Below are positions 37,368 through 42,988 of a DNA stretch of 42,988 bases, piece after piece. Made by a program: the position numbers and the translations under genes. The stretch lies in contig JAIFMW010000111.1 in the NCBI GenBank assembly GCA_020048105.1, positions 1-42,988 of the forward strand, in the 5' to 3' direction. The stretch comes from Deltaproteobacteria bacterium. GTDB lineage: Bacteria > Acidobacteriota > Holophagae > Holophagales > Holophagaceae. Position 1 is the stretch's first letter. Every line of letters starts with the position of its first letter. The notes beneath the pieces were generated by a model, which was not told the DNA's origin, did not search any database, and worked only from the letters and a program-made list of their open reading frames with translations.

Positions 37368-37973
37368 GGCCTCGATGGGCGCATATTTCCAGATTTGGGG
37401 CGAGTTCGGCAGAAAGGTCCGTGCCAGCGCCAAATAGGGTTTCGCCAGCAGGACCGCGGACAGCCGTTCTCCTAACCGAAACTCTTCCCGATCCCCTAAC
37501 AACAGAGAAGGCCGCACGATCAGGTAGGGCAGCCCGGAATCCAGTAGAGCCTTTTCCACCTCCGCCTTGGTCTGAAGGTAGAAGCCTTTGGGCTGGGCAG
37601 CGCCGATGGAACTAACCAATCCAAAAATCGGCTTGGAATCCAAGGCAGCAGCCCGGTTCATCAGGGCACGGGGATAGTCCAGATCAACCTTCCGAAAGGC
37701 TTCGTGACTACCGGCTTTCTTCAGGGTTGTGCCCAGTGCGCAAAGAAGCACATCGCACCGAATTTCGCTGCCCAATTTGGCATACGAAGCCGGATCCTCG
37801 AAATCGAAGATAACCTCACGCACACGATCCGAGAGGTTCGTGAGAATCCCTGTTTTCCGGACTAGCGCCGTGAAGGAAACACCGGGGCGCTCGTGCAGTT
37901 GGCGCGTCAGTTCCTTCCCAATTAGGCCTGTGGCGCCCGCAATGACGACATGTTTCGCAATGGGTTGTTCCAT
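37263..37973 (-). CDS. NAD(P)-binding oxidoreductase (YraR/TIP30-like)
   Basis: GATGLIG, CALGTTLKKAGS..F.KVD, VSSIGA, Y...K, RPSLLLG. Confidence 0.88.
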   Translation of the reverse strand: MEQPIAKHVVIAGATGLIGKELTRQLHERPGVSFTALVRKTGILTNLSDRVREVIFDFEDPASYAKLGSEIRCDVLLCALGTTLKKAGSHEAFRKVDLDYPRALMNRAAALDSKPIFGLVSSIGAAQPKGFYLQTKAEVEKALLDSGLPYLIVRPSLLLGDREEFRLGERLSAVLLAKPYLALARTFLPNSPQIWKYAPIEASKVAEALLRICVDEPPYQQGRVLSGIALHHPILG

Positions 37974-37975
37974 GT

Positions 37976-39076
37976 TTATTCGCTCGCTTCCTTGCTGATG
38001 GCCAGCAGCAATCCAAGGATGGCCAGGGACGCCATGAGACTGGTCCCGCCGTAGCTAATGAAGGGCAGCGGAATGCCCTTGTTAGGGGCGATGCTCAAGA
38101 CGACGCTCATATTCATGAAGGCCTGCATGACAAGCATTAGGGTGAATCCGATGGCACACAGGCGCAGGAAACTATCTCGCACGCGGCGCGCGATGCGATA
38201 TCCCCGCCAGAGAATCGCCGAAAACAGCAGAAGCACAATGACAGTACCCACCAACCCAGCTTCTTCGGCAATCACCGCAAAAATAAAATCGTTGTGGGCT
38301 TCTGGCAGATAGAACAGTTTCTGCATGCTGTTGCCCACGCCAACACCCACCAGGCCTCCGTTGCCCACGGCGATAAGGCTTTGCAGCGCCTGGTGCCCCT
38401 TCCCGAGCGGATCGGCTTCGGGGTTTCGGAAGCTCATCATCCGCGCCATGCGGTAGGGACTGGCAATCACCGCCACGGAAACCCCTAGGAGAATGACACC
38501 GCCAAAGCCTGCCAAGAGCGTCCGATGCAATCCACCTAAGAGAACCAGCACAAAGACCACGAGAATCACTAAGGCTGTAGTGCCGAAATCCGGTTCAAAA
38601 AGAATCAATCCCAAGGGCAATCCCAGAATCAAGATCAACATCACCAACTTGGGCAGGGAATCCTGAATTCGGCCCCAAACCTCCTGGTGGCGTACCATCC
38701 ACCAAGCTGTGATCAGCACCGCAAGAGGCTTGAAAAATTCGGACGGTTGGAAGCGTTGACCGAAAATCCGGATCCAGCGATGCGCGCCCTTCACATCGGG
38801 AAAAAAGAACACTGCCACCAATAGCAGCACAAAGATTACGTAGGTGATCTGCAGGGGGCGCGGCCTTTCGCGCAGCATCCCCAGTTCAACTTGGCTCAAT
38901 GCCAGCATCATGGCAATGCCGATAACTCCTGCCACAACTTGTTGCGCCAGGAAGGTTGTGGCAACGCTGCTTTTCAGGCCCGACGCCGAATAGACCCAAA
39001 CCATTCCAATGGCCACCAAGAGCAGCGCACAGAGGAGAAGCCAACGATCAATGGGCCTTCGGACATCAGGAATCAT
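37976..39076 (-). CDS. ftsW: SEDS peptidoglycan polymerase FtsW
   Basis: GAHRWI, FQPSEF.K, EPDFGT, QKLFYLPEAHNDFIF, KGIPLPFISYGG. Confidence 0.88.
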   Translation of the reverse strand: MIPDVRRPIDRWLLLCALLLVAIGMVWVYSASGLKSSVATTFLAQQVVAGVIGIAMMLALSQVELGMLRERPRPLQITYVIFVLLLVAVFFFPDVKGAHRWIRIFGQRFQPSEFFKPLAVLITAWWMVRHQEVWGRIQDSLPKLVMLILILGLPLGLILFEPDFGTTALVILVVFVLVLLGGLHRTLLAGFGGVILLGVSVAVIASPYRMARMMSFRNPEADPLGKGHQALQSLIAVGNGGLVGVGVGNSMQKLFYLPEAHNDFIFAVIAEEAGLVGTVIVLLLFSAILWRGYRIARRVRDSFLRLCAIGFTLMLVMQAFMNMSVVLSIAPNKGIPLPFISYGGTSLMASLAILGLLLAISKEASE

Positions 39077-39110
39077 GCTGCCCTGATTGTAGGGGAAATC
39101 GGCCCACCTG

Positions 39111-40307
39111 CTACCACCCAGACTGGGATAGGACCTGCCGCCAGCCTGCGATCCGTTCCCGCAAACCTAGCCCATCGATGGCGACATCATCCAACCGCGA
39201 ATTCTCATACAGAATGTGATGGCCCGGCGCACCGCAGAGAATGTCGGCCAGATGCACGGCCAGTAAAGGGCTAAGCCTTGATGTCCGAATGCTGCTGGGC
39301 GTGTGATGCAGGCTGACAGCCTCGAGCACTGCAGGCTGGATACCCCACATCCCCAGCAGAAAAGCCCCAACCTCAGGGTGTGCCAAGCCAAATTCTTTCT
39401 TCTCGGCCGAAATCATCGTTACTTGATTGGGTTGAACCCGTTCCACGACACGGTCATAGCGTTCGGGAAAGCCCTTGGCCAGCACGAGGATGCCCACGTC
39501 ATGGAGCATCCCGCCCAGGAAGGCCTCAGCGCAGAGCGGCCGGGACAATCCTTCCATCGCCGCCAGGGCCCGGGCGCCCTTCGCCACACTCAAGCTGTGC
39601 TTCCATACGTCCACGATGGAAAGTCGCTGCGTGCCCAGCTGACCAACCTGGTCGAACACTCCGTGAACCAGCACCAGAGCCTTGATGGTGTCCGTGCCCA
39701 GAAAGGCCACGGCATCCTGAATATCAGGCACCGAACGTCGCAACCCAAAAAAGGCGCTGTTGACCAATTGCAGGATTTTGGCGGTCATACCCACATCCTG
39801 CCGAACGATTTCGCCCACCTGCCGCACCGTGGTTTCCTCGTTCTCCAGCGCCCGGCAGAGCTCCCGGTAGAGTCCGGGAACGGAAGGCAGATTTTCGATT
39901 TGTCCGAGGTACCGGGTCACAGCCGGGTCCGCGCCCACACGTGCGAGGTGCCCTGCATTGGCCACCATGGCCAGGAGTTGGTCCAGGTCAAATGGAACAG
40001 GAAGAGCCTGGTGGATGGTGGTTATATTTTGAGCTACTTGGTCGCGATCGGCCGGCGTCGACAACGCAATTCGAAGTGCCGTCGGGTGCAACTCCAGGGC
40101 CGCACGAAGCACCTGGCCACCACTGATTTCAGCCATGGCCAACGAAGTCACCAGCACCTCGACGGGCTGGCTCTGCAGCCAGGCCAAGGCTTCGTGACCG
40201 CCTGGAGCAAAATGCATCTGCCACTCGCGTTCCATGGGTTTGACCAGGGATTCGAGAGAGCTCAAGGCTTGAGCGTCATCGCTCACAAAGAGGACATGTC
40301 GTTTCAT
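39111..40307 (-). CDS. HDOD-domain protein with a degenerate receiver domain
   Basis: REC-like N-terminus; LPSVP, LQLVNSAFFG, WKHS, LHDVG, HPEVGA.LL..W, HH. Confidence 0.88.
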   Translation of the reverse strand: MKRHVLFVSDDAQALSSLESLVKPMEREWQMHFAPGGHEALAWLQSQPVEVLVTSLAMAEISGGQVLRAALELHPTALRIALSTPADRDQVAQNITTIHQALPVPFDLDQLLAMVANAGHLARVGADPAVTRYLGQIENLPSVPGLYRELCRALENEETTVRQVGEIVRQDVGMTAKILQLVNSAFFGLRRSVPDIQDAVAFLGTDTIKALVLVHGVFDQVGQLGTQRLSIVDVWKHSLSVAKGARALAAMEGLSRPLCAEAFLGGMLHDVGILVLAKGFPERYDRVVERVQPNQVTMISAEKKEFGLAHPEVGAFLLGMWGIQPAVLEAVSLHHTPSSIRTSRLSPLLAVHLADILCGAPGHHILYENSRLDDVAIDGLGLRERIAGWRQVLSQSGW

Positions 40308-40401
40308 GACTTCCTAAAGTCTTAGGGCAAGAGTCATCCAGGTGGATTCGATCAGAATGAACCCGGAGAACCAAGCCGAGAATAATCCGTGTGAAATTGG
40401 T

Positions 40402-42057
40402 TTAGAGGACCAGCCGTTCCTGATATTCCCCGTAGACTTCGCGCAAGGTATCGGAAACTTCGCCTACGGTGGCTTCGGCCTTCACGGCATCCAGAATGTA
40501 GGGCATCAGATTGTCTGTCGCGGTGGCCTTGGCCTTTAGCGTTTCAAGCTTGGTGCGCACAGCATCGTTATCACGCAGGCTGCGATACTCAGCCACCTGC
40601 TTGCGACGCATGGCGCCCAGCGCCTCGTCCACCCGCAAGAGATCAGGCTTGGGCTCATTCTTGATGGCAAATTTGTTGACGCCCACCACGATCTGTTCGT
40701 CCCGCTCCACGGCCTTCTGATAGGCGTAGGCGGCGTTCTGGATTTCACGCTGGGGAATGCCCTTTTCAATGGCCGCGACCATGCCACCGGCTTCATCGAC
40801 CTTGGCGATAAGGGCTTCGGCCATGGCCTGAAGTTCATCGGTCAGGCTCTCGATGAAGTAGGAACCACCGAAGGGATCCACCACATCCGCGATGCGATGC
40901 TCGTAGGCCAGAATCTGCTGGGTGCGCAGGGCAATGCGGGCGGAAATTTCGGTGGGCAAGGCCAGCGCCTCATCCCGGCTATTGGTGTGCAGGGACTGGG
41001 TGCCACCGATGACGGCGGCCATGGCCTGCACCGTGGTGCGCACGATGTTGTTATCGGGCTGCTGAGCCGTGAGCGTTGAACCAGCGGTCTGGGTATGGAA
41101 GCGCAGCATCTGGCTCTTGGGATCGTTGCAGCCGAAGCGCTCCTTGATGATCTTGGCCCACATGCGCCGGGCAGCGCGGTACTTGGCCACTTCTTCGAAA
41201 AATTGGTTGTGGGCGTTGAAGAAGAAACTGAGCCGTGGCGCGAAGGCTTCGATCTTCAGACCAGCTTTGAGACCGGCTTCGATGTAAGCGATGCCATCGG
41301 CCAGCGTGAAGGCGATTTCCTGGGCGGCGGTGCAGCCCGCTTCGCGGATGTGATAGCCCGAAATGGAAATGGTGTTCCAGTTGGGCACCTGCTCTGAGCA
41401 AAAGGAGAAGATGTCAGTGATCAGGCGCATGGAAGGCCGGGGCGGGTAGATGTAGGTGCCGCGGGCCATGTATTCCTTCAGAATGTCGTTTTGGATGGTG
41501 CCGCTCACCTGATCAAAACGCACACCCTGCTCTTCGGCCACGGCCAGGTAGAGGCTCAACATCACGGCCGCTGGGGCGTTGATGGTCATGGAGGTCGACA
41601 CCTTATCCAAGGGGATGTCCTTGAACAGCGTGCGCATATCGCGGATGGAGCAGCAGGACACGCCCACCTTGCCCACTTCACCCAGGCTCATGGGATGGTC
41701 GGGATCCATGCCGATCTGCGTGGGCAAATCGAAGGCCACGGATAGGCCCGTCTGGCCCTGATCCAGCAAGTAGCGGTAGCGGGTGTTGGATTCCTCGGCC
41801 GTGCCGAAACCGGCGTACTGGCGCATGGTCCATAACCGCCCCCGGAAGCCCGTAGGCTGGACGTGGCGGGTAAAGGGATAGCTGCCGGGCTTGCCTAGAT
41901 CCCTGATCGGATTGAAGGTTTCGGTATCGGCTGGGGTATAGCTATTTTTGAGCGTGATGCCCGAGGTGGTCTCGAACTTGGGGGAGCGCAACTTCGCTGG
42001 ATCTTCCTTGGTAGCCAATTGCTCGCGGACCTGGTTCAGGAAATCGGGCTGAAACAT
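40402..42057 (-). CDS. Methylmalonyl-CoA mutase, substrate-binding (large) subunit, no B12 domain
   Basis: [37 protein letters not shown]; Tyr/Arg specificity residues typical of MCM; SD ggagg before ATG 42057. Confidence 0.9.
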   Translation of the reverse strand: MFQPDFLNQVREQLATKEDPAKLRSPKFETTSGITLKNSYTPADTETFNPIRDLGKPGSYPFTRHVQPTGFRGRLWTMRQYAGFGTAEESNTRYRYLLDQGQTGLSVAFDLPTQIGMDPDHPMSLGEVGKVGVSCCSIRDMRTLFKDIPLDKVSTSMTINAPAAVMLSLYLAVAEEQGVRFDQVSGTIQNDILKEYMARGTYIYPPRPSMRLITDIFSFCSEQVPNWNTISISGYHIREAGCTAAQEIAFTLADGIAYIEAGLKAGLKIEAFAPRLSFFFNAHNQFFEEVAKYRAARRMWAKIIKERFGCNDPKSQMLRFHTQTAGSTLTAQQPDNNIVRTTVQAMAAVIGGTQSLHTNSRDEALALPTEISARIALRTQQILAYEHRIADVVDPFGGSYFIESLTDELQAMAEALIAKVDEAGGMVAAIEKGIPQREIQNAAYAYQKAVERDEQIVVGVNKFAIKNEPKPDLLRVDEALGAMRRKQVAEYRSLRDNDAVRTKLETLKAKATATDNLMPYILDAVKAEATVGEVSDTLREVYGEYQERLVL

Positions 42058-42206
42058 GAAGCCTCCCATGGATTGCATTAGGTTATCAGGCCTGAAGAGC
42101 CAACTTTGTCACGAGCGCCGTGACCACTCCTGCCAAACCAACGCGCCAATTTTCGATTATTGCTGCGCAACACCTTAGACTGGGAAAACTTTCACCTGGT
42201 GATCCC

Positions 42207-42988
42207 ATGCTTGCGACCCCGCCGCCTCCGCCTCCCATCGTAATCCTTGCCGGTGCCGATCTTTGGCAGGATGACGGCGTTCAGGGGAAGGCCCAATCCG
42301 GCCAAGCCCTCGCGATTCGCGGCGAAAAAATCGCAGCCATCGGCCTGAAAGCCAATCTAATCAAGCGTTTTCCTAAGGCCCAGGTCGTCAATCTCGAAGG
42401 TGGAACCCTGCTACCGGGCTTCGTCGAGGGCCACTGTCATGTGGAAGGCCTAGGCAAATTGGCCTTCTATACGGATCTCGGCAGCACGAAAAGTCTGGAA
42501 GAAGCCCTAACGCGAGTTCAAACCTGGTGTGCCGCCAACCCCAACGGTTGGGTGCAGGGCCGAGGCTGGGATCAAAATCTCTGGCCGGGCCAGGCTTTCC
42601 CAGCGGCCGCCGATCTGGATCGGGTTACCGGGTCCCGCCCGGCGGCCCTAGTTCGCGTGGACGGACACGCCATGTGGGCCAACTCGGCAGCCTTGAAGGC
42701 CGCCGGGATCACAGCCGCTACAGCCGACCCCAAAGGGGGTCAGATCCTACGCGATGCCACCGGGAACCCCACGGGCATCCTGGTGGATTTGGCGATGGAA
42801 TTAGTGGAAAAAGTGCTGCCTCCGCCCACGATGGAAAACCGGGAAGCCTGGGTTAAGCAAGGCCTTCTGGCACTTCGCAACCTGGGCTTTACGGCGGCCT
42901 GCGATATGGGTGGTGATGCCACGACCCTTGCGATCTATCGCCGCCTAGCCGCCGCCAAGGCCCTGCCCATTCGAGTGTTCAGCTATTT
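42207..42988 (+). CDS. YtcJ-like amidohydrolase, truncated by the window end (not in the ORF track)
   Basis: Manual translation: ALAIRGEKIAAIG, LLPGFVEGHCH, GRGWDQNLW, RVDGHAMWANSAAL, GGQILRD..GNPTGILVD. Confidence 0.85.
   Translation, partial: MLATPPPPPPIVILAGADLWQDDGVQGKAQSGQALAIRGEKIAAIGLKANLIKRFPKAQVVNLEGGTLLPGFVEGHCHVEGLGKLAFYTDLGSTKSLEEALTRVQTWCAANPNGWVQGRGWDQNLWPGQAFPAAADLDRVTGSRPAALVRVDGHAMWANSAALKAAGITAATADPKGGQILRDATGNPTGILVDLAMELVEKVLPPPTMENREAWVKQGLLALRNLGFTAACDMGGDATTLAIYRRLAAAKALPIRVFSY

Noticed and set aside
40402..42057. Isobutyryl-CoA or other variant mutase
   Set aside because: RQYAGF tyrosine and YHIRE arginine match methylmalonyl-CoA specificity; a separate B12 subunit is common
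42058..42206. Cobalamin riboswitch before the mutase; GTCACG-N5-CGTGAC palindrome at 42108-42124
   Set aside because: No B12-box recognisable; the 6-bp-arm palindrome is single and could be chance

Overview
Bacterial chromosomal window, GC-rich and gene-dense. Gene style suggests an Acidobacteriota Holophagae (Geothrix/Holophaga-like) organism, which is inference only. The left 25 kb is an extended phosphate-starvation (Pho) island: phoBR, an EAL-CBS-GGDEF protein, a second PstS-like lipid-free binding protein followed by a pseudokinase-TM-TonB-C fusion, a Sel1 lipoprotein, an OprO/P-like porin, pstSCAB-phoU and DUF47-pit. It is preceded by pckA, a photolyase, cutA and glpX. The right part is housekeeping: an S41-like protein, murG, etfBA, a cNMP-FHA protein, lpxK, lspA, ileS, an MFS transporter, ftsW, an HDOD regulator, methylmalonyl-CoA mutase and a truncated YtcJ-like amidohydrolase. 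Main observations: (1) a recurring 11-bp-periodic Pho-box plus -10 architecture at 6-7 promoters, including two orphan ORFs; (2) a catalytically dead kinase fused to a TonB C-terminal domain; (3) three sequence-divergent but architecturally similar palindromic elements built from 8-10 bp subrepeats; (4) ileS is frameshifted by an exact 28-bp tandem duplication that also creates a GGAGG ribosome site for the C-terminal part; (5) an orphan tandem operator overlapping a near-consensus sigma70 promoter. No rRNA, tRNA, CRISPR array or transposase was seen. All calls are by eye, with no database searches; start codons are my best estimates.
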